Source of the DNA: Cytophagales bacterium
Lineage (GTDB): Bacteria; Bacteroidota; Bacteroidia; Cytophagales; Cyclobacteriaceae
DNA: 64,000 nucleotides
Assembly: GCA_025358885.1 (NCBI GenBank)
Contig: JANYHW010000006.1
Location: forward strand, 27 to 64,026
Direction: 5' to 3'
Shown: positions 41,394 through 51,249 of the stretch, one piece after another
Layout of the letters: every line of letters starts with the position of its first letter
Numbering within the stretch: the first letter of the stretch is position 1
Program-made: the position numbers and the translations under genes
The notes under the pieces: model-generated
Told to the model about the DNA's origin: nothing
The model's database searches: none
What the model saw: the letters and a program-made list of their open reading frames with translations, nothing else

Positions 41394-44300
41394 CTATGCC
41401 TTGACGGCAAGTTGTTGATGTTGAAGTTTTCTTTTTCTTAAGACTTCCTTGTATTCCACGGGCATCACCTTCAGGAATTGTGTAAGAACTTTATCCCAGT
41501 TGCGGAGGAGTTGAGAGGCCAGGTCGCTGTGAGTACAGGAGAGATGGTTTTCAATCATGAGGCGCAGCAGTAGAGCATCTTCATCATCCACGATGTCCAG
41601 CAATACCATTTCCAAATTGATATTCTGACCCAAATTCCTGTTTGGATCAAAGACATAGGCGACGCCACCACTCATTCCAGCAGCAAAATTTCTGCCTGTA
41701 TCACCCAGCACGACAACGGTACCTCCGGTCATATATTCGCATCCATGATCTCCCACTCCTTCTACCACTGCCTCAACGCCGGAGTTTCTGACAGCGAATC
41801 GTTCGCCCGCCCGTCCACGGATAAATACTTGACCGGATGTCGCGCCATACAAGGCCACATTTCCTACAATGATATTTTGCGCAGGATCGTAGGTAATTCG
41901 TTTGTCGGGATGCACCACGAGCCGTGCTCCGGAAAGTCCTTTTCCGAAATAGTCGTTGGCATCTCCTTCTAACTCAAAGGTGATTCCTTTCGCGGCAAAT
42001 GCACCAAAGCTTTGGCCGGCAGTTCCGTGAAACTTGAAGTGAACTCCGTTGCCGTGCTGATCTGTTGAAGGACCATACCGTTTAGAAATTTCATTGGAGA
42101 GCATAGCGCCGACAGCGCGGTCTTCATTAGTGATGGAAAAAACACCTTGTACTGACTCTCCATCTTCCAGGAATGGTCTGGCTATTTTGATTAATGTCCG
42201 ATCAAGTACGTGTTCAATACCGTGGTCCTGCTCCTCTTGTCTGAACATTGCGGTATCAAGGCTAATGGGCTCTTTGTATAGTATGGGTGAAAGATCGAGG
42301 TTGTTGAATTTCCATCGGCCATCGTTCTCCATCAATTCGAGATAGTCGCTTTGCCCGACCATCTCATCCACCGTGTGAAAGCCAAGTTCGGCCATGATTT
42401 CACGCAACTCTTCGGCGAGGAAAGTGAAGAGGTTTACTACGTATTCCGGTTTGCCAGTGAAAAGTGCCCTGAGTTCTTTGTTCTGTGTGGCAACTCCTAC
42501 GGGACAAGTGTTTAGGTGGCACTTTCTCATCATGATGCACCCGGAAGTCACGAGCGCCGCGGTAGCTACTCCCCATTCTTCTGCGCCAAGCAGGGCGGCA
42601 ATGGCTAAGTCTCTACCCGTGCGTATTTGCCCGTCGGTTTGAAGCACAACACGGCCACGTAATTTATTTCTTACCAGGGTTTGGTGAGCCTCGGCAAGTC
42701 CAAGTTCCCAGGGCAGTCCGGCATGACGAATGGAACTTAGGGGCGAGGCACCTGTCCCGCCATCATGCCCGGAGATCAAGATCACATCAGCATGCGCTTT
42801 GGCCACGCCAGAAGCGATGGTACCAACGCCTGCTTCTGACACTAGCTTTACACTGATTCGTGCATCGCGATTTGCATTCTTTAAATCAAAAATCAATTGA
42901 GCGAGATCTTCAATGGAATAAATATCGTGATGGGGTGGTGGTGAGATCAGACCAACGCCCGGTGTGGAGTGGCGTACGCGTCCAATCCACTCATCCACTT
43001 TGTGCCCTGGAAGTTGACCGCCCTCGCCAGGCTTGGCGCCCTGGGCCATTTTGATTTGAAGCTCTTTGGCATTGCTGAGATAATAACTTGTTACACCAAA
43101 ACGGCCGGAAGCAACTTGTTTGATGGCAGAGTTCTCCCAATCGCCGTTGGGTTTACGGAGAAACCGCACTTCATCTTCACCCCCCTCACCGCAATTGCTT
43201 TTGCCGCCGATACGATTCATAGCGATGGCCAGTGTGCTGTGCGCCTCATGCGATATCGACCCAAAAGACATAGCACCCGTTGCAAACCTTTTGAAGATTG
43301 ATGTTATTGCCTCAACCTCACTGAGGGGAATAGATTTTCCTTTGCGGAATTTCAAAAGGCTCCGGAGAGTGATGGCCTTTTCACTCTGTTGGTTGATAAG
43401 GGAAGAATATTTCTTAAATAAAGAGTAGTCTTTTGTTTTCGTCGAGTGCTGAAGGAGATGGATGGTTTGAGGATTGAACAAGTGTGCTTCTCCTCTCTGC
43501 CGCCATTGATACACGCCGCCCACTTCCAACTGTGTTGCTCCATTGGTTGTTTTTGGAAAAGCAAGTCTGTGTTTGGCCAATGCTTCCCGGGCAATGTCAT
43601 CGAGTATAAGGCCACCGATTCGCGACACGGTTCCATTGAAATACTGGTCCACCACCGCTTTGCTAATTCCAAGCGCTTCAAAGATTTGCGCGCCATGATA
43701 AGACTGCAGTGTGCTGATCCCCATTTTACTCATGATTTTGAGCAGCTCCCCGGTCATGGCTTTCTTGTAATTGTACATAGCCTGTTCTTCGGTGAGATCT
43801 TCACGAAGAAGGTTTCGCTTCTTCATGTCGAAGATGGTTTGATACACCAAATAGGGATTCACACCGGAGGCACCATACCCGATCAGCGTGGCGAAGTGAT
43901 GCGTTTCCCACACATCGCCGGCCTCCACCAACAGTCCAACTTTGCCCCGAAGTCCTTTGCGGATAAGATCATGGTGAACCGCCGCGACCGCCAGCAATGA
44001 AGGGATCTGCGCATGACCACTGTCAAAACTGCGATCTGAAAGAATGATGATGGTAAACCCGTCCTCAATGGCATCAGTAACGTATTGACATACGCGATTC
44101 AATCCCTTTTCCAGGGAGCCGGGTTCTCCACCAGCCTTGAAATAAGTATAGATTGTTTTGGTCTGTAGGTGCCTGTGATCGATGTAGCGAATCTTTTCCA
44201 TGTCGCTGTTCGAAAGAATAGGGACGGGCAATTCCAGGGTGATGCAATGTTCCGGCGTCTCTTCAAGTAGATTCAATGAGCCACCAACATGGGTTGCCAG

Positions 44301-45926
44301 GGACATCACGAGACGCTCGCGAATTGAATCGATTGGTGGATTCGTGACTTGCGCAAAGAGTTGTTTAAAGTAGCTCGATAAATGCTGGGCCTGGTTGGAC
44401 AATACGGCAAGCGGAATGTCGCTACCCATGGAACCAAGGGCCTCTTTTCCTGTTTCACACATTTGAGCGAGTACAACACGCACGTCCTCGGTGGTATAAC
44501 CAAACGATATCTGGCGTTTAATAAAAGTTCGGGGATCGTACTTATGAAAACTTCCACCCGGTTCTGGCAAATCCTGAAGCCTTACTTTATTTGCCCGCAC
44601 CCATTCGCCATAAGGTTGACGGGTGCAAATGTCCAATTTCAACTCGTCGTCACTGATGATACGGCCTTGGACTAAGTCGACAACAAACATTTTGCCCGGC
44701 TGTAGACGTCCCTTCTTAACGACTTTCGCCGGATCGATATCAAGAACACCAACTTCGGAGGCCATGATTACCCGGTCGTCATCGGTAATAACATAACGGG
44801 AAGGGCGCAAGCCGTTTCGATCCAGGGTGGCGCCAACAATTTTTCCGTCGGTGAAAGTGATAGACGCCGGTCCGTCCCAGGGTTCCATGAGGTTGGCGTG
44901 GTACTCGTAGAAGTCTTTTTTCTCCTGGCCCATGTGCTCGTTGCCATCCCATGCCTCGGGGATGAGCATCATCATGACGTGTGGTAGTGAACGACCCGAG
45001 TGCAGTAACAATTCTATGACGTTGTCAAGGTTTGAGGAGTCGGACTGGGCCGGGTTGCAGATCGGCAGAATCATGTCGAGTTCTTCCCGCGAGAAATATG
45101 TTGACGAAAGGAATGCCTCTTTTGATTTCAACCAGTTAATATTTCCCTGTATGGTATTGATCTCCCCGTTATGTGCGATGAACCGGAAGGGCTGTGAAAG
45201 CCTCCAGGAGGGAAATGTATTTGTAGAAAATCGCGAATGGATGACCGCAATGGCAGAAACCACTTCCTCGTGCTCAAGGTCAGCGAAGTAATGCTTCAGC
45301 TGGCGCGAAGTGAGCATCCCCTTGTAGGCAATTGTCTTATAGGAAAGAGATGAAAAATAGAATTGATTGTTAACCCCCTGCACAGACTCTGTCACGATAC
45401 GGGTGGTGTACTTCCGCAGGATAAACAGTTTGCGCTCAAAGGCATCTGGGTCGGCAATGGATTCGTGGCGTTTAATGAAAATCTGCTCCATTACCGGCTC
45501 GGCACGGAGGGCGGTTTCACCGATTTCATTGTTCCGTGTGGGCAACAAGCGGTATCCCAACAGGGACATTTTCATTTTCTTGATTTGCCGGTTTAGCACG
45601 GTACGGCATTCTTCGCGTGCCTTCGGATCGCGTGGAAAAAAAACAAGACCCACGGCATATTGACCATAGGATGGCAGCTTAATGCCAAGTTTGTTGCATT
45701 CATTCGTGAAGAATTCATGGGGAATCTGAATAAGAATCCCCGCACCGTCGCCTGTATTGGGCTCGCATCCGCATGCGCCGCGGTGACTCATTCGTTCCAG
45801 CATGGTGATGGCATCCATGACCAGTTGGTGCGACTTCCGGGCTTTGATGTTGGCAATGAATCCGACTCCGCAAGAGTCCTTTTCAAAGCTGGGGTGATAC
45901 AGTCCGTGGGTTGGGGTCTCGTTCAC
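41394..45926 (-). CDS. gltB: Glutamate synthase large subunit
   Basis: DSCGVGF (Ntn Cys), HSRFSTNT, QVASGRFGV, CHLNTCPVG and GXGXG repeats; starts at GTG. Confidence 0.98.
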   Translation of the reverse strand: MNETPTHGLYHPSFEKDSCGVGFIANIKARKSHQLVMDAITMLERMSHRGACGCEPNTGDGAGILIQIPHEFFTNECNKLGIKLPSYGQYAVGLVFFPRDPKAREECRTVLNRQIKKMKMSLLGYRLLPTRNNEIGETALRAEPVMEQIFIKRHESIADPDAFERKLFILRKYTTRIVTESVQGVNNQFYFSSLSYKTIAYKGMLTSRQLKHYFADLEHEEVVSAIAVIHSRFSTNTFPSWRLSQPFRFIAHNGEINTIQGNINWLKSKEAFLSSTYFSREELDMILPICNPAQSDSSNLDNVIELLLHSGRSLPHVMMMLIPEAWDGNEHMGQEKKDFYEYHANLMEPWDGPASITFTDGKIVGATLDRNGLRPSRYVITDDDRVIMASEVGVLDIDPAKVVKKGRLQPGKMFVVDLVQGRIISDDELKLDICTRQPYGEWVRANKVRLQDLPEPGGSFHKYDPRTFIKRQISFGYTTEDVRVVLAQMCETGKEALGSMGSDIPLAVLSNQAQHLSSYFKQLFAQVTNPPIDSIRERLVMSLATHVGGSLNLLEETPEHCITLELPVPILSNSDMEKIRYIDHRHLQTKTIYTYFKAGGEPGSLEKGLNRVCQYVTDAIEDGFTIIILSDRSFDSGHAQIPSLLAVAAVHHDLIRKGLRGKVGLLVEAGDVWETHHFATLIGYGASGVNPYLVYQTIFDMKKRNLLREDLTEEQAMYNYKKAMTGELLKIMSKMGISTLQSYHGAQIFEALGISKAVVDQYFNGTVSRIGGLILDDIAREALAKHRLAFPKTTNGATQLEVGGVYQWRQRGEAHLFNPQTIHLLQHSTKTKDYSLFKKYSSLINQQSEKAITLRSLLKFRKGKSIPLSEVEAITSIFKRFATGAMSFGSISHEAHSTLAIAMNRIGGKSNCGEGGEDEVRFLRKPNGDWENSAIKQVASGRFGVTSYYLSNAKELQIKMAQGAKPGEGGQLPGHKVDEWIGRVRHSTPGVGLISPPPHHDIYSIEDLAQLIFDLKNANRDARISVKLVSEAGVGTIASGVAKAHADVILISGHDGGTGASPLSSIRHAGLPWELGLAEAHQTLVRNKLRGRVVLQTDGQIRTGRDLAIAALLGAEEWGVATAALVTSGCIMMRKCHLNTCPVGVATQNKELRALFTGKPEYVVNLFTFLAEELREIMAELGFHTVDEMVGQSDYLELMENDGRWKFNNLDLSPILYKEPISLDTAMFRQEEQDHGIEHVLDRTLIKIARPFLEDGESVQGVFSITNEDRAVGAMLSNEISKRYGPSTDQHGNGVHFKFHGTAGQSFGAFAAKGITFELEGDANDYFGKGLSGARLVVHPDKRITYDPAQNIIVGNVALYGATSGQVFIRGRAGERFAVRNSGVEAVVEGVGDHGCEYMTGGTVVVLGDTGRNFAAGMSGGVAYVFDPNRNLGQNINLEMVLLDIVDDEDALLLRLMIENHLSCTHSDLASQLLRNWDKVLTQFLKVMPVEYKEVLRKRKLQHQQLAVKA

Positions 45927-46271
45927 TACAGGTCATGACATGATGAAATAGAAATTTACATTTCACAAATGGGTAATGACAGGAAGACGCCAGGAATTAT
46001 TAAAAAAAACTCAAATGCTTACTAACAGTTATTAGCGGAAACGATTGTAACGGGGATCATTTGTCCAGGCTGGTGCCGGGCAAGATTCGGAGGAGCTAAT
46101 ATCACGCGCCTCATGAAACTACCGTGGTTCCGCTTGCAACAAGGGGATTAAAGACATCTTCCGGCAAGATTACCATTCCACCCATTATTCTGAACAGCGG
46201 AACCAGGGAGCACGTCCAACATCATCAATGCGTTCGGCATTTTTTCTGCATTTGCCAGCGACAGCGCTTTC

Positions 46272-46302
46272 TTTGAAGTAGTCAAGAACTAGGGTAGTTT
46301 TG
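46272..46302 (+). promoter_or_regulatory. Bacteroidota promoter for the dipeptidase gene (TTTG 46272-46275, 19 nt spacer, TAGTTTTG 46295-46302)
   Basis: Canonical elements and spacing. Confidence 0.65.
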
Positions 46303-46337
46303 GGGAGTCCTGACCATCTAAGGTGAAGGACCAAGAT

Positions 46338-47696
46338 ATGATTCATCAATACATTGAGTCCAACCAGGACCGCTTCCTGAAAGAGTTATTTGAATTGCTT
46401 CGCATACCCTCCGTCAGCGCTGACAGCAGACACAAAGGTGACGTGCGGAAGGCGGCAGAATTCGTCATGCAAAAATTGAAAGAAGCTGGCGCTGATAATG
46501 TAGCGCTGATGGAGACCAAGGGTCACCCTATTGTGTATGGGGAAAAGATGATTGACCCTCGGAAACCCACCGTGTTGGTGTATGGTCACTATGACGTACA
46601 GCCTCCCGACCCACTGGATCTTTGGAATTCACCCCCCTTTGAACCCACAGTTCGCGATGGCAAGATCTATGCGCGTGGAGCATGCGATGACAAAGGCCAA
46701 ATGTATATGCACATCAAGGCCTTCGAGATCATGATGAAGCATAGCCTGATGAGTTGCAATGTGAAATTCATGATTGAAGGTGAGGAGGAGGTAGGTTCTG
46801 ATAATTTAGGAACGTTCGTGAAAGAGAATAAGTCCAAGCTCAAGGCTGATGTAATTTTGATTTCTGACACGTCATTGATTTCATTGGACCAGCCTTCTAT
46901 CACCGCCGGTTTGCGCGGACTTAGCTACATGGAGGTCGAAGTCACAGGCCCAAACCGCGATCTGCATTCTGGTGTATACGGTGGCGCCGTAGCCAATCCT
47001 GCAAACGTATTGAGTAAAATGATTGCATCCATGCACGACGATCAGGGACGTGTCGCCATTCCTGGTTTTTATGACAAGGTTGCAGAGTTGAGTTCGGCAG
47101 AAAGAAAGACCTTGAATGAAGCGCCCTTTGATTTAAACGAGTATAAGAAAGAACTGGGAATCGATGAAATATCCGGAGAGAAAGGTTACACCACACTAGA
47201 GCGAACCGGCACCAGGCCAACGCTCGATGTGAATGGAATCTGGGGTGGCTATATCGGTGAAGGGGCCAAGACGGTGTTGCCCGCCAATGCGCATGCAAAG
47301 ATCTCGATGAGACTTGTGCCGAACCAGAACCCGCAGGAAATTACAGAGTTATTCACCAAACATTTTCTTTCCATTGCACCGAAATCGGTAAAAGTAAAAG
47401 TAATCGCGCATCATGGAGGTGAGCCAGCTGTAACACCCACGGACTCAAAAGCCTTCAAGGCCGCGATCCAGGCATTCCGGGAAGTGTGGGGGAAATCGCC
47501 CATACCTACCCGCGACGGTGGCAGTATTCCAATCGTGGCCCTTTTCAAAAAGGAACTCGGCCTGGACACTGTGTTGATGGGTTTTGGCCTGGATACAGAT
47601 GCACTCCATTCTCCCAATGAGCACTATGGAATCAAAAACTTTCTCATTGGTATCGAAACCATCGTGGCTTTTCACAAGCATTTTGGAAAATCATAG
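46338..47696 (+). CDS. M20-family dipeptidase (cytosolic non-specific dipeptidase-like)
   Basis: YGHYDVQP, RGACDDKG, EGEEE, RDLHSG and HSPNE; no signal peptide. Confidence 0.93.
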   Translation: MIHQYIESNQDRFLKELFELLRIPSVSADSRHKGDVRKAAEFVMQKLKEAGADNVALMETKGHPIVYGEKMIDPRKPTVLVYGHYDVQPPDPLDLWNSPPFEPTVRDGKIYARGACDDKGQMYMHIKAFEIMMKHSLMSCNVKFMIEGEEEVGSDNLGTFVKENKSKLKADVILISDTSLISLDQPSITAGLRGLSYMEVEVTGPNRDLHSGVYGGAVANPANVLSKMIASMHDDQGRVAIPGFYDKVAELSSAERKTLNEAPFDLNEYKKELGIDEISGEKGYTTLERTGTRPTLDVNGIWGGYIGEGAKTVLPANAHAKISMRLVPNQNPQEITELFTKHFLSIAPKSVKVKVIAHHGGEPAVTPTDSKAFKAAIQAFREVWGKSPIPTRDGGSIPIVALFKKELGLDTVLMGFGLDTDALHSPNEHYGIKNFLIGIETIVAFHKHFGKS

Positions 47697-47809
47697 TCGC
47701 GAATACGAGTTCAAATCTCCATTCATCCACACCATACCCGTATCATCACATTTTATTTCTCGAACGGGACCTGTTTTGATAGATTTCAAATCCATCAAAA
47801 CCCAAACCT

Positions 47810-49501
47810 ATGCTTCGTCAACTTTGTTTTGTCACCGCTATCTTCAGTATTTGGTTGACTGCAAATGCCCAACCAGAAGACGCGCTGAATCCAACGTGGC
47901 GCCAGTTTCATACGGCCACAGAGTCCAACGAATTGTTAAAGGCATGGAACAAGGCGTTCCCTAACCTGACGAAGCTTTACCCGATTGGACAGACGTTGAA
48001 AGGAAGCCCGCTCATGATGATGGAGATCACCAATAAACAAACTGGTGCAGCCGAAGACAAGCCCGCTTATTATTACGATGGGAATATTCATTCGAGTGAA
48101 TTAACTGGAGCCGAAGTGGCCCTTCACTTCGCCTGGTATGTGCTTACCAATTACGACAAGAACTCACGGATCAAGAACCTTCTCGATTCCCGGACGCTAT
48201 ATGTGCGTCCAAAATTTAATCCTGATGGAGCCGATATCGCCCTGACAACTCCGAATGCATTGCGCAGTACGCCTCGTCCATACGATGAAGACATGGATGG
48301 CCTGTTGGATGAAGATCCGGGCAATGACCTGAATAAAGATGGCATCATTGCCGATATGCGGGTAAAGAACCCAACGGGCATGTGGAAGATCAGTGCGAAA
48401 GATGCCAGACTGATGGTGAAACGCGACGCGAATGAAACAGAGGGAACATTTTATGATGTCTACAATGAAGGAGTGGACGATGACGGAGATGGAAAATTCA
48501 ATGAAGATGGTATTGGTGGCATCGATATGAATAGAAATTTCCCCAGGGAATGGGGCATGGAGTTTGAGCAAAATGGGGCCGGACCTTTTCCATTGTCAGA
48601 GCCTGAGACAAGGGCGACAGTGGAATTTATCAATTCCCACCGCAACATCACAGGATTATTTCATGGACATACCGCTGCCGGGTATTTGTTTCGGTTGCCG
48701 TCGACATCTTCCTGGGACAATTTTGGGATGGAAGATCAGGCGTTGATATTGGAATTGTCGGACATGTATGCCACGACGACAGGACAAAAAGTAGTGCCGA
48801 GCTACAGCAATCCCCGTCTTCACCGGCATGGTACTCTCATCAGTTGGGCGTATTGGGACTATGGCGTCGTAGGATTTGTTCCCGAATTCTGGGGCGCTTT
48901 TCAGGCGGATGCGAATAAAGATGGAAGGGTCTCCGATGAAGAGTTGATCAAATGGAACGATGAAAAACTTGAAGGTAAATATTATCTGAACTGGCAGCCC
49001 TTCACCCATCCTCAATTGGGTGCCGTTGAATTAGGTGGATGGAACAGTCGGTTTATTCGCCAGAACCCTCCTCCGGCATTTCTCAAGGGTGAGATTGAAA
49101 TGTATGTCCCCTGGATGCTTTGGCTTGCAGAAACAAGTCCGCAGGTGGTGATCAGGGATGCATCGGTGAAGTTTGTTGAAAAAGGGAAGGTCGCGAAGGT
49201 AACAGTGATGGTGGAGAATAAAGGCTATCTCCCTACCAACATTACCAAGAGGTCTATCGAAGCCCAATTCGCTTCGCCTGTCAGGGCTGCCATAGAATTG
49301 TCGGATGCGGAGTTGTCTTCAGGCAATACCCGCACTGATCTTGGTCATCTTACTGGCAGGAGGGACAACGAACTTGCCACCTCAAGAAAGGAAGTCGAGT
49401 ACATGATCAGGATCACCGGACCCAATCCCAAAGCCGTCATCACCATCATATCAGAAAAGGGAGGTACGGTGAAGAGAGAGTTGGACTTAAAGGGCAAGTG
49501 A
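47810..49501 (+). CDS. Secreted M14 metallocarboxypeptidase, paralog 1 (catalytic residues present)
   Basis: Signal peptide; NIHSSE, DMNRNF, FHGH, VPEF; Dx[DN]xDG loops; C-terminal Ig-like domain. Confidence 0.9.
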   Translation: MLRQLCFVTAIFSIWLTANAQPEDALNPTWRQFHTATESNELLKAWNKAFPNLTKLYPIGQTLKGSPLMMMEITNKQTGAAEDKPAYYYDGNIHSSELTGAEVALHFAWYVLTNYDKNSRIKNLLDSRTLYVRPKFNPDGADIALTTPNALRSTPRPYDEDMDGLLDEDPGNDLNKDGIIADMRVKNPTGMWKISAKDARLMVKRDANETEGTFYDVYNEGVDDDGDGKFNEDGIGGIDMNRNFPREWGMEFEQNGAGPFPLSEPETRATVEFINSHRNITGLFHGHTAAGYLFRLPSTSSWDNFGMEDQALILELSDMYATTTGQKVVPSYSNPRLHRHGTLISWAYWDYGVVGFVPEFWGAFQADANKDGRVSDEELIKWNDEKLEGKYYLNWQPFTHPQLGAVELGGWNSRFIRQNPPPAFLKGEIEMYVPWMLWLAETSPQVVIRDASVKFVEKGKVAKVTVMVENKGYLPTNITKRSIEAQFASPVRAAIELSDAELSSGNTRTDLGHLTGRRDNELATSRKEVEYMIRITGPNPKAVITIISEKGGTVKRELDLKGK

Positions 49502-49594
49502 CTCGAGAGCTCTTATATCTTCTTTCAACCGTTCATCTCAATCGTTGGTGAACCAGAACTTTCATTTTAGAATCTTTCGCCATATCCCAGCATT

Positions 49595-51238
49595 ATGATA
49601 AAACCATTTTCATTACTAACAACCTTCACCCTTGTAGTAAGCATCGGGTTCGGACAGGGTTTCAGCGACCAAAGCCGCATGGCAACTCGACTGAAAGCGC
49701 TGGAATCTGCAAACCCTTCCCTGACCAGGTTGCAATCCCTTGCCAAAACAGTGGGAGGCAAGGATGTCTGGGTTTTGGAGATCGGGGCTGGAGACAGGGT
49801 TAATCATTCCGGGATTGCCGTCATCGGTGGTGTGGAAGGCTCCCACCTGATGGGACAGGAACTGGCTATTGGCTTCGCTGAGAAACTCCTGGCCAATGCC
49901 CAAAATGACAGCATCAAAAATATCCTCAACACCACGGCATTTTACGTGTTTCCGAACATGAGTCCCGATGCGTCAGAGCAATACTTTGCTCAACCTAAAT
50001 ATGAGCGGAGTGCGAACGCAAATCCCACCGATGATGACCGTGATGGCAAGACCAATGAGGACCCTTTTGAAGACTTGAACAACGACGGATTAATTTCCTG
50101 GGTTATGGTAGAAGACCCGACAGGAAAATGGAAAACCCATCCTGCCGATAGCCGTATCATGGTGATGGCCAGCCTTGAAAAAGGAGAACGGGGAAAGTAT
50201 ATTCTTATTAGTGAAGGAACGGACAACGACAAAGACGGAAAATTCAACGAGGATGGGGATGGTGGGATTCACTTCAACAAGAGTCTGACCTTTGATCCTC
50301 CTTATTTTGTGCCTGGTGCAGGAGAACATCCTGTTTCAGAATTGGAAAACCGTGCCCTGTTGGATTATCTGTATGAACGTTTCAATGTGTTTGCGGTGAT
50401 CTCATTTGGACCATCCAATAACCTGTCGGACCCCTGGAAATTTGATAAGCTTAAGAATGCCGGTCGTGTGCCCATGGGGATTCTGGAGAATGATGCCAGG
50501 CAAAACAAAATAGCAAGCGATCTATATAAGAAATATGTTACTCTTAAGGATGCGCCTGTTGGCCCAACGTCAAAAGGCGACTTATCGCAATGGGCCTACT
50601 TCCATTATGGACGTCAAAGTTTTAGCACCCCCGGTTGGTGGCCACCGAAATTTGAAATTCCAAAAGACACCGCCCAGGCGAAGAAGTACAAAACAAATGA
50701 GGACAAGAATACAGATGTCGATTTCTTACGCTGGGCTGAGAAAGAAAACCTGGATGTATTTACAGCATGGCAGAAATTCAATCACCCGGATTATCCCGGC
50801 AAGAACGCTGAAGTGGGTGGCTTCAAACCATTTGTAAAAACCAACCCACCCTTTAAGATGGTCGACAAACTGGTTGAGGAGCACACGAAATTTATAGTTT
50901 CATTGGCGGCCAAAAGGCCTGACATAGATTTGATCAATGTCAAAACGGAGCCACTTGAAAACGGTGTAAGCCGCATTACCCTGACGATTCAAAACAAGGG
51001 CCTTTTTCCCGCGCTCACGGAAATAGGGAAGAACAATATCTTCAACAAACTGGTGAAAATTAGCTTGACCTCGGCAAAGGACCAGTCCATTGTAAGTGGT
51101 AACAAGATTACCCTGTTACCCAACCTGGAAGCAGGCGAAACAAAAGAAATGAGTTGGTTGGTGAAAGGAAAAGGAAAACTCACCATCGAAGCGGGGGCTC
51201 CGCAAGCAGGAGTGAAGAAAATAGATATCAACCTTTAA
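49595..51238 (+). CDS. Secreted M14-fold protein, paralog 2 (catalytic motifs degenerate)
   Basis: Same architecture, but VEGSH, HFNKSL, SFGPS and STPGW occupy the HxxE, NR, H and E positions. Confidence 0.8.
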   Translation: MIKPFSLLTTFTLVVSIGFGQGFSDQSRMATRLKALESANPSLTRLQSLAKTVGGKDVWVLEIGAGDRVNHSGIAVIGGVEGSHLMGQELAIGFAEKLLANAQNDSIKNILNTTAFYVFPNMSPDASEQYFAQPKYERSANANPTDDDRDGKTNEDPFEDLNNDGLISWVMVEDPTGKWKTHPADSRIMVMASLEKGERGKYILISEGTDNDKDGKFNEDGDGGIHFNKSLTFDPPYFVPGAGEHPVSELENRALLDYLYERFNVFAVISFGPSNNLSDPWKFDKLKNAGRVPMGILENDARQNKIASDLYKKYVTLKDAPVGPTSKGDLSQWAYFHYGRQSFSTPGWWPPKFEIPKDTAQAKKYKTNEDKNTDVDFLRWAEKENLDVFTAWQKFNHPDYPGKNAEVGGFKPFVKTNPPFKMVDKLVEEHTKFIVSLAAKRPDIDLINVKTEPLENGVSRITLTIQNKGLFPALTEIGKNNIFNKLVKISLTSAKDQSIVSGNKITLLPNLEAGETKEMSWLVKGKGKLTIEAGAPQAGVKKIDINL

Positions 51239-51249
51239 CCGGAGAGAAC

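Noticed and set aside
14466-45926. Co-occurrence of gdhA and gltBD as a dedicated nitrogen island
   Set aside because: They are 24 kb apart with unrelated genes between, and both pathways are common in one genome.
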